A stretch of DNA of 64,000 bases from Eledone cirrhosa (Eukaryota): contig OZ024740.1 of NCBI GenBank assembly GCA_964016885.1, forward strand, positions 394,258,001 to 394,322,000. The letters run 5' to 3'. The position numbers and the translations under genes were made by a program. A model generated the notes under the pieces. It ran no database searches. It was not told the origin of the DNA and worked only from the letters and a program-made list of their open reading frames with translations. Below, piece by piece: positions 26,911-41,257 of the stretch. The first letter of the stretch is position 1. Each line of letters starts with the position of its first letter.

Positions 26911-29900
26911 AGAGTGTGAGTAAGTACCGGTTCAACGGAGACGATAAAAACAAATAACGAAACGAAATTAAATTTCGTTTCGTTTGTAACTCACTTTTGT
27001 ATGACTGACGCTTAAACAATTAAGTTAAAGATGTACATCCATATATGTATACTGAAATACTAGTATGTATATGAATACACACACGTATACATATGTAGAT
27101 GTACCAAGTTTTTTCACTGGTCACTTTACTGTGAGTGGCCAGCTATTCTGTATGTAAACACACAGACAAACCGGTTTTTAGAGTCATACTGGTTTTTGAG
27201 GAAACACCTTTCCTCTATTCTCCAGAAAGCCAGACAAGGAATATTGAACTAGTTTCGTTGTTGTTACAACTCATCAGCAATATTTACCTATCTTCCGGCC
27301 TCTCTAGAGAATCGTAAAAGCACATATCGTTATATGCTTTTTCTATGAAAATTAGTAGTGGGCAGACTAATTTGCATAGAGTGTGAGTAAGTACCGGTTC
27401 AACGGAGACGATAAAAACAAATAACGAAACGAAATTAAATTTCGTTTCGTTTGTAACTCACTTTTGTATGACTGACGCTTAAACAATTAAGTTAAAGATG
27501 TACATCCATATATGTATACTGAAATACTAGTATGTATATGAATACACACACGTATACATATGTAGATGTACCAAGTTTTTTCACTGGTCACTTTACTGTG
27601 AGTGGCCAGCTATTCTGTATGTAAACACACAGACAAACCGGTTTTTAGAGTCATACTGGTTTTTGAGGAAACACCTTTCCTCTATTCTCCAGAAAGCCAG
27701 ACAAGGAATATTGAACTAGTTTCGTTGTTGTTACAACTCATCAGCAATATTTACCTATCTTCCGGCCTCTCTAGAGAATCGTAAAAGCACATATCGTTAT
27801 ATGCTTTTTCTATGAAAATTAGTAGTGGGCAGACTAATTTGCATAGAGTGTGAGTAAGTACCGGTTCAACGGAGACGATAAAAACAAATAACGAAACGAA
27901 ATTAAATTTCGTTTCGTTTGTAACTCACTTTTGTATGACTGACGCTTAAACAATTAAGTTAAAGATGTACATCCATATATGTATACTGAAATACTAGTAT
28001 GTATATGAATACACACACGTATACATATGTAGATGTACCAAGTTTTTTCACTGGTCACTTTACTGTGAGTGGCCAGCTATTCTGTATGTAAACACACAGA
28101 CAAACCGGTTTTTAGAGTCATACTGGTTTTTGAGGAAACACCTTTCCTCTATTCTCCAGAAAGCCAGACAAGGAATATTGAACTAGTTTCGTTGTTGTTA
28201 CAACTCATCAGCAATATTTACCTATCTTCCGGCCTCTCTAGAGAATCGTAAAAGCACATATCGTTATATGCTTTTTCTATGAAAATTAGTAGTGGGCAGA
28301 CTAATTTGCATAGAGTGTGAGTAAGTACCGGTTCAACGGAGACGATAAAAACAAATAACGAAACGAAATTAAATTTCGTTTCGTTTGTAACTCACTTTTG
28401 TATGACTGACGCTTAAACAATTAAGTTAAAGATGTACATCCATATATGTATACTGAAATACTAGTATGTATATGAATACACACACGTATACATATGTAGA
28501 TGTACCAAGTTTTTTCACTGGTCACTTTACTGTGAGTGGCCAGCTATTCTGTATGTAAACACACAGACAAACCGGTTTTTAGAGTCATACTGGTTTTTGA
28601 GGAAACACCTTTCCTCTATTCTCCAGAAAGCCAGACAAGGAATATTGAACTAGTTTCGTTGTTGTTACAACTCATCAGCAATATTTACCTATCTTCCGGC
28701 CTCTCTAGAGAATCGTAAAAGCACATATCGTTATATGCTTTTTCTATGAAAATTAGTAGTGGGCAGACTAATTTGCATAGAGTGTGAGTAAGTACCGGTT
28801 CAACGGAGACGATAAAAACAAATAACGAAACGAAATTAAATTTCGTTTCGTTTGTAACTCACTTTTGTATGACTGACGCTTAAACAATTAAGTTAAAGAT
28901 GTACATCCATATATGTATACTGAAATACTAGTATGTATATGAATACACACACGTATACATATGTAGATGTACCAAGTTTTTTCACTGGTCACTTTACTGT
29001 GAGTGGCCAGCTATTCTGTATGTAAACACACAGACAAACCGGTTTTTAGAGTCATACTGGTTTTTGAGGAAACACCTTTCCTCTATTCTCCAGAAAGCCA
29101 GACAAGGAATATTGAACTAGTTTCGTTGTTGTTACAACTCATCAGCAATATTTACCTATCTTCCGGCCTCTCTAGAGAATCGTAAAAGCACATATCGTTA
29201 TATGCTTTTTCTATGAAAATTAGTAGTGGGCAGACTAATTTGCATAGAGTGTGAGTAAGTACCGGTTCAACGGAGACGATAAAAACAAATAACGAAACGA
29301 AATTAAATTTCGTTTCGTTTGTAACTCACTTTTGTATGACTGACGCTTAAACAATTAAGTTAAAGATGTACATCCATATATGTATACTGAAATACTAGTA
29401 TGTATATGAATACACACACGTATACATATGTAGATGTACCAAGTTTTTTCACTGGTCACTTTACTGTGAGTGGCCAGCTATTCTGTATGTAAACACACAG
29501 ACAAACCGGTTTTTAGAGTCATACTGGTTTTTGAGGAAACACCTTTCCTCTATTCTCCAGAAAGCCAGACAAGGAATATTGAACTAGTTTCGTTGTTGTT
29601 ACAACTCATCAGCAATATTTACCTATCTTCCGGCCTCTCTAGAGAATCGTAAAAGCACATATCGTTATATGCTTTTTCTATGAAAATTAGTAGTGGGCAG
29701 ACTAATTTGCATAGAGTGTGAGTAAGTACCGGTTCAACGGAGACGATAAAAACAAATAACGAAACGAAATTAAATTTCGTTTCGTTTGTAACTCACTTTT
29801 GTATGACTGACGCTTAAACAATTAAGTTAAAGATGTACATCCATATATGTATACTGAAATACTAGTATGTATATGAATACACACACGTATACATATGTAG

Positions 29901-32168
29901 ATGTACCAAGTTTTTTCACTGGTCACTTTACTGTGAGTGGCCAGCTATTCTGTATGTAAACACACAGACAAACCGGTTTTTAGAGTCATACTGGTTTTTG
30001 AGGAAACACCTTTCCTCTATTCTCCAGAAAGCCAGACAAGGAATATTGAACTAGTTTCGTTGTTGTTACAACTCATCAGCAATATTTACCTATCTTCCGG
30101 CCTCTCTAGAGAATCGTAAAAGCACATATCGTTATATGCTTTTTCTATGAAAATTAGTAGTGGGCAGACTAATTTGCATAGAGTGTGAGTAAGTACCGGT
30201 TCAACGGAGACGATAAAAACAAATAACGAAACGAAATTAAATTTCGTTTCGTTTGTAACTCACTTTTGTATGACTGACGCTTAAACAATTAAGTTAAAGA
30301 TGTACATCCATATATGTATACTGAAATACTAGTATGTATATGAATACACACACGTATACATATGTAGATGTACCAAGTTTTTTCACTGGTCACTTTACTG
30401 TGAGTGGCCAGCTATTCTGTATGTAAACACACAGACAAACCGGTTTTTAGAGTCATACTGGTTTTTGAGGAAACACCTTTCCTCTATTCTCCAGAAAGCC
30501 AGACAAGGAATATTGAACTAGTTTCGTTGTTGTTACAACTCATCAGCAATATTTACCTATCTTCCGGCCTCTCTAGAGAATCGTAAAAGCACATATCGTT
30601 ATATGCTTTTTCTATGAAAATTAGTAGTGGGCAGACTAATTTGCATAGAGTGTGAGTAAGTACCGGTTCAACGGAGACGATAAAAACAAATAACGAAACG
30701 AAATTAAATTTCGTTTCGTTTGTAACTCACTTTTGTATGACTGACGCTTAAACAATTAAGTTAAAGATGTACATCCATATATGTATACTGAAATACTAGT
30801 ATGTATATGAATACACACACGTATACATATGTAGATGTACCAAGTTTTTTCACTGGTCACTTTACTGTGAGTGGCCAGCTATTCTGTATGTAAACACACA
30901 GACAAACCGGTTTTTAGAGTCATACTGGTTTTTGAGGAAACACCTTTCCTCTATTCTCCAGAAAGCCAGACAAGGAATATTGAACTAGTTTCGTTGTTGT
31001 TACAACTCATCAGCAATATTTACCTATCTTCCGGCCTCTCTAGAGAATCGTAAAAGCACATATCGTTATATGCTTTTTCTATGAAAATTAGTAGTGGGCA
31101 GACTAATTTGCATAGAGTGTGAGTAAGTACCGGTTCAACGGAGACGATAAAAACAAATAACGAAACGAAATTAAATTTCGTTTCGTTTGTAACTCACTTT
31201 TGTATGACTGACGCTTAAACAATTAAGTTAAAGATGTACATCCATATATGTATACTGAAATACTAGTATGTATATGAATACACACACGTATACATATGTA
31301 GATGTACCAAGTTTTTTCACTGGTCACTTTACTGTGAGTGGCCAGCTATTCTGTATGTAAACACACAGACAAACCGGTTTTTAGAGTCATACTGGTTTTT
31401 GAGGAAACACCTTTCCTCTATTCTCCAGAAAGCCAGACAAGGAATATTGAACTAGTTTCGTTGTTGTTACAACTCATCAGCAATATTTACCTATCTTCCG
31501 GCCTCTCTAGAGAATCGTAAAAGCACATATCGTTATATGCTTTTTCTATGAAAATTAGTAGTGGGCAGACTAATTTGCATAGAGTGTGAGTAAGTACCGG
31601 TTCAACGGAGACGATAAAAACAAATAACGAAACGAAATTAAATTTCGTTTCGTTTGTAACTCACTTTTGTATGACTGACGCTTAAACAATTAAGTTAAAG
31701 ATGTACATCCATATATGTATACTGAAATACTAGTATGTATATGAATACACACACGTATACATATGTAGATGTACCAAGTTTTTTCACTGGTCACTTTACT
31801 GTGAGTGGCCAGCTATTCTGTATGTAAACACACAGACAAACCGGTTTTTAGAGTCATACTGGTTTTTGAGGAAACACCTTTCCTCTATTCTCCAGAAAGC
31901 CAGACAAGGAATATTGAACTAGTTTCGTTGTTGTTACAACTCATCAGCAATATTTACCTATCTTCCGGCCTCTCTAGAGAATCGTAAAAGCACATATCGT
32001 TATATGCTTTTTCTATGAAAATTAGTAGTGGGCAGACTAATTTGCATAGAGTGTGAGTAAGTACCGGTTCAACGGAGACGATAAAAACAAATAACGAAAC
32101 GAAATTAAATTTCGTTTCGTTTGTAACTCACTTTTGTATGACTGACGCTTAAACAATTAAGTTAAAGA

Positions 32169-35120
32169 TGTGTTTACATACAGAATAGCTGGCCACTCAC
32201 AGTAAAGTGACCAGTGAAAAAACTTGGTACATCTACATATGTATACGTGTGTGTATTCATATACATACTAGTATTTCAGTATACATATATGGATGTACAT
32301 CTTTAACTTAATTGTTTAAGCGTCAGTCATACAAAAGTGAGTTACAAACGAAACGAAATTTAATTTCGTTTCGTTATTTGTTTTTATCGTCTCCGTTGAA
32401 CCGGTACTTACTCACACTCTATGCAAATTAGTCTGCCCACTACTAATTTTCATAGAAAAAGCATATAACGATATGTGCTTTTACGATTCTCTAGAGAGGC
32501 CGGAAGATAGGTAAATATTGCTGATGAGTTGTAACAACAACGAAACTAGTTCAATATTCCTTGTCTGGCTTTCTGGAGAATAGAGGAAAGGTGTTTCCTC
32601 AAAAACCAGTATGACTCTAAAAACCGGTTTGTCTGTGTGTTTACATACAGAATAGCTGGCCACTCACAGTAAAGTGACCAGTGAAAAAACTTGGTACATC
32701 TACATATGTATACGTGTGTGTATTCATATACATACTAGTATTTCAGTATACATATATGGATGTACATCTTTAACTTAATTGTTTAAGCGTCAGTCATACA
32801 AAAGTGAGTTACAAACGAAACGAAATTTAATTTCGTTTCGTTATTTGTTTTTATCGTCTCCGTTGAACCGGTACTTACTCACACTCTATGCAAATTAGTC
32901 TGCCCACTACTAATTTTCATAGAAAAAGCATATAACGATATGTGCTTTTACGATTCTCTAGAGAGGCCGGAAGATAGGTAAATATTGCTGATGAGTTGTA
33001 ACAACAACGAAACTAGTTCAATATTCCTTGTCTGGCTTTCTGGAGAATAGAGGAAAGGTGTTTCCTCAAAAACCAGTATGACTCTAAAAACCGGTTTGTC
33101 TGTGTGTTTACATACAGAATAGCTGGCCACTCACAGTAAAGTGACCAGTGAAAAAACTTGGTACATCTACATATGTATACGTGTGTGTATTCATATACAT
33201 ACTAGTATTTCAGTATACATATATGGATGTACATCTTTAACTTAATTGTTTAAGCGTCAGTCATACAAAAGTGAGTTACAAACGAAACGAAATTTAATTT
33301 CGTTTCGTTATTTGTTTTTATCGTCTCCGTTGAACCGGTACTTACTCACACTCTATGCAAATTAGTCTGCCCACTACTAATTTTCATAGAAAAAGCATAT
33401 AACGATATGTGCTTTTACGATTCTCTAGAGAGGCCGGAAGATAGGTAAATATTGCTGATGAGTTGTAACAACAACGAAACTAGTTCAATATTCCTTGTCT
33501 GGCTTTCTGGAGAATAGAGGAAAGGTGTTTCCTCAAAAACCAGTATGACTCTAAAAACCGGTTTGTCTGTGTGTTTACATACAGAATAGCTGGCCACTCA
33601 CAGTAAAGTGACCAGTGAAAAAACTTGGTACATCTACATATGTATACGTGTGTGTATTCATATACATACTAGTATTTCAGTATACATATATGGATGTACA
33701 TCTTTAACTTAATTGTTTAAGCGTCAGTCATACAAAAGTGAGTTACAAACGAAACGAAATTTAATTTCGTTTCGTTATTTGTTTTTATCGTCTCCGTTGA
33801 ACCGGTACTTACTCACACTCTATGCAAATTAGTCTGCCCACTACTAATTTTCATAGAAAAAGCATATAACGATATGTGCTTTTACGATTCTCTAGAGAGG
33901 CCGGAAGATAGGTAAATATTGCTGATGAGTTGTAACAACAACGAAACTAGTTCAATATTCCTTGTCTGGCTTTCTGGAGAATAGAGGAAAGGTGTTTCCT
34001 CAAAAACCAGTATGACTCTAAAAACCGGTTTGTCTGTGTGTTTACATACAGAATAGCTGGCCACTCACAGTAAAGTGACCAGTGAAAAAACTTGGTACAT
34101 CTACATATGTATACGTGTGTGTATTCATATACATACTAGTATTTCAGTATACATATATGGATGTACATCTTTAACTTAATTGTTTAAGCGTCAGTCATAC
34201 AAAAGTGAGTTACAAACGAAACGAAATTTAATTTCGTTTCGTTATTTGTTTTTATCGTCTCCGTTGAACCGGTACTTACTCACACTCTATGCAAATTAGT
34301 CTGCCCACTACTAATTTTCATAGAAAAAGCATATAACGATATGTGCTTTTACGATTCTCTAGAGAGGCCGGAAGATAGGTAAATATTGCTGATGAGTTGT
34401 AACAACAACGAAACTAGTTCAATATTCCTTGTCTGGCTTTCTGGAGAATAGAGGAAAGGTGTTTCCTCAAAAACCAGTATGACTCTAAAAACCGGTTTGT
34501 CTGTGTGTTTACATACAGAATAGCTGGCCACTCACAGTAAAGTGACCAGTGAAAAAACTTGGTACATCTACATATGTATACGTGTGTGTATTCATATACA
34601 TACTAGTATTTCAGTATACATATATGGATGTACATCTTTAACTTAATTGTTTAAGCGTCAGTCATACAAAAGTGAGTTACAAACGAAACGAAATTTAATT
34701 TCGTTTCGTTATTTGTTTTTATCGTCTCCGTTGAACCGGTACTTACTCACACTCTATGCAAATTAGTCTGCCCACTACTAATTTTCATAGAAAAAGCATA
34801 TAACGATATGTGCTTTTACGATTCTCTAGAGAGGCCGGAAGATAGGTAAATATTGCTGATGAGTTGTAACAACAACGAAACTAGTTCAATATTCCTTGTC
34901 TGGCTTTCTGGAGAATAGAGGAAAGGTGTTTCCTCAAAAACCAGTATGACTCTAAAAACCGGTTTGTCTGTGTGTTTACATACAGAATAGCTGGCCACTC
35001 ACAGTAAAGTGACCAGTGAAAAAACTTGGTACATCTACATATGTATACGTGTGTGTATTCATATACATACTAGTATTTCAGTATACATATATGGATGTAC
35101 ATCTTTAACTTAATTGTTTA
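32169..35120 (+). mobile_element. 467-bp hammerhead tandem array, inverted right arm (~6.3 units; ribozyme sense on plus strand)
   Basis: Reverse complement of the left arm, with a switch at TGT microhomology 32169-32171. It ends at TTGTTTA into (TA)n. Confidence 0.92.
32514..32558 (+). ncRNA. Minimal type I hammerhead ribozyme (6 copies, every 467 bp, to 34849-34893)
   Basis: AATATTGCTGATGAGTTGTAACAACAACGAAACTAGTTCAATATT. Confidence 0.88.
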
Positions 35121-35136
35121 TATATATATATATATA

Positions 35137-35278
<142 letters not shown>

Positions 35279-35558
35279 TATATATATAAACGGAAAAAAT
35301 GAAATGAAATTTCATTTGCCCCTCTTAGTACGGCTGTTACTTAAATATAAGTAAGTATACGTACATACATATATGTATACAGACGTACAGTAGTATGTAT
35401 ATATATATACATACATTCACACATATATATATATATGTACGTATGGATTCACCAAACATTTATTATAATGCTCGGTGTGTTTGTAAACAAACATCCCGTA
35501 TAAAGCCGCAGTGTCTAGCAACCACCGTTGCTCGTTTGTTCAACACTGACAAAGGAAT

Positions 35559-35597
35559 GTTGTACTAGTTTCAAGCTTGTTAGCTATCGTCAGCAAC
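35559..35597 (-). ncRNA. Minimal hammerhead ribozyme
   Basis: GTTG-CTGACGA-TAGCT AACA AGCTT-GAAA-CTAG-TA-CAAC. Confidence 0.75.
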
Positions 35598-36029
35598 GTA
35601 TACCTTCCTGCCAGATTGTTGAACGTCTGAAAGTATATACTATCCTTATGCATATTAACGGCTGAGTAGCCCAATTTGCATATCGACACTACGGCTTAAT
35701 ACGGGATGTTTGTTTACAAACACACCGAGCATTATAGTAAATGTTTGGTGAATCCATACGTACATATATATATATGTGTGCATGTATGTATATATATATA
35801 CATACTACTGTACGTCTGTATACATATATGTATGTACGTATACATACTTATATTTAAGTAACAGCAGTACTAAGAGCGGGAAAGAAATTTCGTTTCATTT
35901 TTTCCGTTTATCGTTTTCGGTGCACCCGGCCGATTAACCCACTCGATATGCAGATTGGGCTGCTCAGCCGTTAATATGCATAAGGAAAGTATATACTTTC
36001 AGACGTTCAACCATCTGGCAGGAAGGTAT

Positions 36030-36072
36030 ACGTTGCTGACGATAGCTAATAAGCTTGAAACTAGTACATCGT
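36030..36072 (+). ncRNA. Minimal hammerhead ribozyme
   Basis: ACGTTG-CTGACGA-TAGCT AATA AGCTT-GAAA-CTAG-TA-CATCGT, with one stem I mismatch. Confidence 0.72.
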
Positions 36073-36439
36073 TCCTTTGTCAGTGTTGAACAAACGAGCA
36101 ACGGTGGTTGCTAGACACTGCGGCTTTATATGGGATGTTTGTTTACAAACACACCGAGCATTATAATAAATATTCGGTGAATCCATACGTACATATATAT
36201 ATGTGTGCATGTATGTATATATATATATATACATACTACTGTACGTCTGTATACATATATGTATGTACGTGTACATACTTATATATATATATATATGCAT
36301 ATATATATATATATATATATATATTCCACTGGCCGTTGACTAGCCAATACGGAGCCACAAGATCGATGTGATGGATATTCCTGTTGACGGCAGTAATGAT
36401 AGTGGTACTTGTATTGATGGTGGTGGGAGTGGGTAGTGT

Positions 36440-38720
36440 TGGTGGTGAGGCAGGTCACTGGTGATGGTGGTAGTGGTGGTGGTGAAGGAGGTCACTGGTG
36501 ATGGTGGTGGTGGTGGTGAGTGAGGTCACTGGTGATGGTGGTGGTGGTGGTGAAGGAGGTCACTGGTGATGATGGTGGTGGTGGTGGTGAAGGAGGTCAT
36601 TGGTGATGGTGGTGGTGGTGGTGAAGGAGGTCACTGGTGATGATGGTGGTGGTGGTGAAGGAGGTCACTGGTGATGGTGGCGGTGGTGGTGAAGGAGGTC
36701 ACTGGTGATGGTGGCGGTGGTGGTGAAAGAGGTCACTGGTGATGGTGGCGGTGGTGGTGAAGGAGGTCACTGGTGATGGTGGCGGTGGTGGTGAAGGAGG
36801 TTACTGGTGATGGTGGCGGTGGTGGTGAAAGAGGTCACTGGTGATGGTGGCGGTGGTGGTGAAGGAGGTCACTGGTGATGGTGGCGGTGGTGGTGAAGGA
36901 GGTCACTGGTGATGGTGGCGGTGGTGGTGAAGGAGGTCACTGGTGATGGTGGCGGTGGTGGTGAAGGAGGTCACTGGTGATGGTGGTGGTGGTGGTGAAG
37001 GAGGTCACTGGTGATGGTGGCGGTGGTGGTGAAGGAGGTCACTGGTGATGGTGGTGGTGGTGGTGAAGGAGGTCACTGGTGATGGTGGCGGTGGTGGTGA
37101 AGGAGGTCACTGGTGATGGTGGCGGTGGTGGTGAAGGAGGTCACTGGTGATGATGGTGGTGGTGGTGGTGAAGGAGGTCACTGGTGATGGTGGTGGTGGT
37201 GGTGAAAGAGGTCACTGGTGATGGTGGTGGTGGTGGTGAAGGAGGTCACTGGTGATGGTGGTGGTGGTGGTGAAGGAGGTCACTGGTGATGGTGGTGGTG
37301 GTGGTGAAGGAGGTCACTGGTGATGGTGGTGGTGGTGGTGAAGGAGGTCACTGGTGATGGTGGTGGTGGTGGTGAAGGAGGTCACTGGTGATGGTGGTGG
37401 TGGTGGTGAAGGAGGTCACTGGTGATGGTGGTGGTGGTGGTGAAGGAGGTCACTGGTGATGGTGGCGGTGGTGGTGAAGGAGATCACTGGTGATGGTGGT
37501 GGTGGTGGTGGTGAGGCAGGTCACTGGTGATGGTGGTGGTGGTGAAGGAGGTCACTGGTGATGGTGGTGGTGGTGGTGGTGGTGAAGGAGGTCACTGGTG
37601 ATGGTGGTGAGGGAGGTCACTGGTGATGGTGGTGGTGGTGGTGGTGGTGAAGGAGGTCACTGGTGATGGTGGTGGTGGTGGTGAGGCAGGTCACTGGTGG
37701 TGGTGGTGGTGGTGGTGAAGGAGGTCACTGGTGATGGTGGTGGTGGTGGTGGTGGTGAAGGAGGTCACTGGTGATGGTGGTGGTGGTGGTGAAGGAGGTC
37801 ACTGGTGAAGGTGGTGGTGGTGGTGGTGGTGAAGGAGGTCACTGGTGATGGTGGTGGTGGTGGTGAGGCAGGTCACCGGTGGTGGTGGTGGTGAAGGAGG
37901 TCACTGGTGATGGTGGTGGTGGTGGTGGTGGTGAAGGAGGTCACTGGTGATGGTGGTGGTGGTGGTGAAGGAGGTCACTGGTGATGGTGGTGGTGGTGGT
38001 GAAGGAGGTCACTGGTGATGGTGGTGGTGGTGGTGAAGGAGGTCACTGGTGATGGTGGTGGTGGTGGTGAAGGAGGTCACTGGTGATGGTGGCGGTGGTG
38101 GTGAAGGAGGTCACTGGTGATGGTGGTGGTGGTGGTGAAGGAGGTCACTGGTGATGGTGGTGGTGGTGGTGAAGGAGATCACTGGTGATGGTGGTGGTGG
38201 TGGTGAAGGAGGTCACTGGTGATGGTGGTGGTGGTGGTGAAGGAGGTCACTGGTGATGGTGGTGGTGGTGGTGAAGGAGGTCACTGGTGATGGTGGTGGT
38301 GGTGGTGAAGGAGGTCACTGGTGATGGTGGCGGTGGTGGTGAAGGAGGTCACTGGTGATGGTGGCGGTGGTGGTGAAGGAGGTCACTGGTGATGGTGGCG
38401 GTGGTGGTGAAGGAGGTCACTGGTGATGGTGGTGGTGGTGGTGAAGGAGGTCACTGGTGATGGTGGTGGTGGTGGTGAGGCAGGTCACTGGTGATGGTGG
38501 TGGTGGTGGTGAAGGAGGTCACTGGTGATGGTGGTGGTGGTGGTGGTGGTGGTGAAGGAGGTCACTGGTGATGGTGGTGGTGGTGGTGAGGGAGGTTACT
38601 GGTGATGGTGGTGGTGGTGGTGATGAGGGAGGTCACTGGTAATGGTGATGGTGGCGGTAAGGGAGGTTACTGGTAATGGTGATGGTAGTGGTGAGGGAGG
38701 TCACTGGTGATGGTGGAGGT
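36440..38720 (+). repeat. 34-bp G-rich minisatellite GAAGGAGGTCACTGGTGAT(GGT)n, ~65 copies
   Basis: Direct sequence. The GGT count varies per unit. Confidence 0.95.
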
Positions 38721-38837
38721 GGTGGAGGTTAGGAAGCCCCCTGGTGTTGGCGGTCGTGGCAGTGAGGAGGCCGCAGGTGGTGGGGGTGAGTAGGCTGCTG
38801 GTAGTTGCTGATTGTGGGTTGTGTAGTGGTTTTGCAA

Positions 38838-39030
38838 GTGATGATAGGGAAGATGGTGGTGTCGGTGGTAATGATGGAGATGATAGGGAAGATGGTGGTG
38901 TCGGCGGTAATGATGGAGATGCTGGGGGTTGTAGAGGTGGTGTCGGTGGTAATGATGGAGATGATAGGGAAGATGGTGGTGTCGGTGGTAATGATGGAGA
39001 TGCTGGGGGTTGTAGAAGTGGTGTCGGTGA
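38838..39030 (+). repeat. ~36-bp tandem repeat (GATGATAGGGAAGATGGTGGTGTCGGTGGTAATGATGGA)
   Basis: Direct sequence, ~5 units with two variants. Confidence 0.8.
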
Positions 39031-39436
39031 GAGAAATAATCAATAAGTAGCTCAGATCTCCCTCTCCCTCCATCTCCCTCGTCTCCCTTCCTCTCGCATC
39101 CCACCCTCTCCCTCTTCTCTTCCCTCTTACGCCCTCTCACTCTCTCTCTCTCTCTATCTCCTTCTCTCTCTGTCTGTCTGCCTCTTTATCTACCACATTT
39201 TCTCCTCTTTCTCTTTATATTTGATTATTGTCCGTCATCTCTTTCTTTCTTTCACTTTTTCACACCCACCACTCTCTCACTCCCTCACCCCTCTCTCTCC
39301 CTCACCCCCTCTCCCTCTCCCTCTCCCCCTCTCTCTCCGTTTTCCTCCCACGTTCATATTATTTTTCACTTAATTTTACTCTCCTCCTTAGTCTTACTTT
39401 TCATCATTCCTCTCTTTCTCTACCCCTCTCTTTCCC

Positions 39437-39508
<72 letters not shown>

Positions 39509-39558
39509 CACTCTCTCTCTCTACACACACACAACCCCCCCCCACACACACACACATT

Positions 39559-39616
<58 letters not shown>

Positions 39617-41257
39617 CATTATCAGAGAAAGCTTTTAGCGATACTCCGGCCAAATTCCAACTCACTCAACAAACATTAGGAAATAAGTGAGTATATTCCT
39701 AATTAAGCGTTCGGGGTGCTAACTAAATGTATTGTGTGGAAAATTGGCTGTATTATTTCATATGAGACATATCGAACATATCTCTTCCCAGACGGACGTC
39801 TCGTTTCATTATAAGATTCCTACAATTTGGGTGAAATTATACCAATTTTATATATATATATAACAGAGAAAAAATAAAAAGTTATTTCTCACTAATATAC
39901 CGGACATCACAATGAGAAGATAGCTAAAAATATTTAAATCAGCGACACATATTAACATAATGTAACTTGTGCCAAAGTCTCTATCGGGTGGAATAGAGGC
40001 AAAACTAACTAATACAAAAGAATTCCACTCACTTCTGATCCCTAGCTGTTGTTTCTGGAAATTTGAAACAGTGTTGATTATCTCAGTAAATTAAGCCAAT
40101 GAACATATATATACAGATATGTATTTAGAGGTTGAACTACGCACGCGCGTAGCTATATGTACGGCGGTATTAGGAGTTGTGTTTCATTGTATCACAATTA
40201 AATGATAAATATGGACGTACATTCTTTTCCATTCACATGTAATAGTAATCATCATCCTCTTACAACAACTAATACTACGTAATGAACACAACCACAAGGA
40301 TATGGTCCGAACGTGGAAGAGCCGAACTCCTACTGTCACCGCCTCCATCTCTCTCGCCCTCCCCATTCCTCCGTATGGTGAGCAAATGGGGTCCCAGGTG
40401 CTGGCCTCCCCACAACACCGGTGGACAGAATGGAGAATGCGTTTCCATGCCATTCTGGTTCGATAAGTATAAAGTCTGTTTACTAACAGGTAAATATAAT
40501 TTTAGTCTTCCAAAGAACCCCTCTGATGAAGGAATTTTCTTCCAATGTTGGTTGTCTTTATTTATTAAGATAATTAGTATTGTTTCTTAATTCCAGAAAC
40601 TGCAGTTAGGGATTAGGTACGAGCGAAACTCTTTTGTATTAGTTAGTTCTGCTTGTAGTCTAGCCTATGGAAACTTTGGCATAAGATATTCACTTCCATG
40701 TTCAAATACATTGGTTGAGCGCATCATAGCCGGTGTGAAGCTATGTTTAGCATTCAACCTCCCTTCCATTGTCCATGACTATAGCATTCCGTGTCAGGTT
40801 ACCTGACATTCAATACATTTTTCGTTCCTGTCTCAGACTTAATCGTGGACAGTTGATATCTTGTATATTTAGTTAATCAATTAATTGATTAACTAATTGA
40901 TTGCTTGATTTATCAAAATTGGCTCACTGATAAAAGTTCTTATCTTAGTGTGGCAATAATCCATTTAATAGTCGTGATTATTACGTTTCTTCGGAGCCAG
41001 AAACAGCGGCAGTTTGAGCATATATTGGAAGTGTATATTGCTATAAATTAAGTAATAGTTCTTTGTTGTAAGTGATATACTGTATGCGCTATATGTTCGT
41101 GTACAAGATGTCTAAATAGATGTACCAATAACAATATCTTGTGAGTTCTCACTGTTCCGAAATATTATCGATTTCACATTGAGGGCATATTGGTCAACAA
41201 GTCGATATATTTTTATATACCAATATTTTCATTATATATATATATATATATATATAT

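Larger units (their letters stand above)
35288..36281. mobile_element. ~430-bp hammerhead element, diverged sibling of the 467-bp unit; two opposed arms in (TA)n
   Basis: Minus-sense arm at 35288-35686 and plus-sense arm at 35685-36281 (period ~429). Motif order matches the 467-bp unit. Confidence 0.82.

Noticed and set aside
26668-34998. 18 copies of a 60-aa ORF (MASYSVCKHTDK...)
   Set aside because: It has a GTG start, lies antisense to the ribozyme, has no recognisable domain and is not conserved in the 430-bp sibling. It is a by-product of the repeat.
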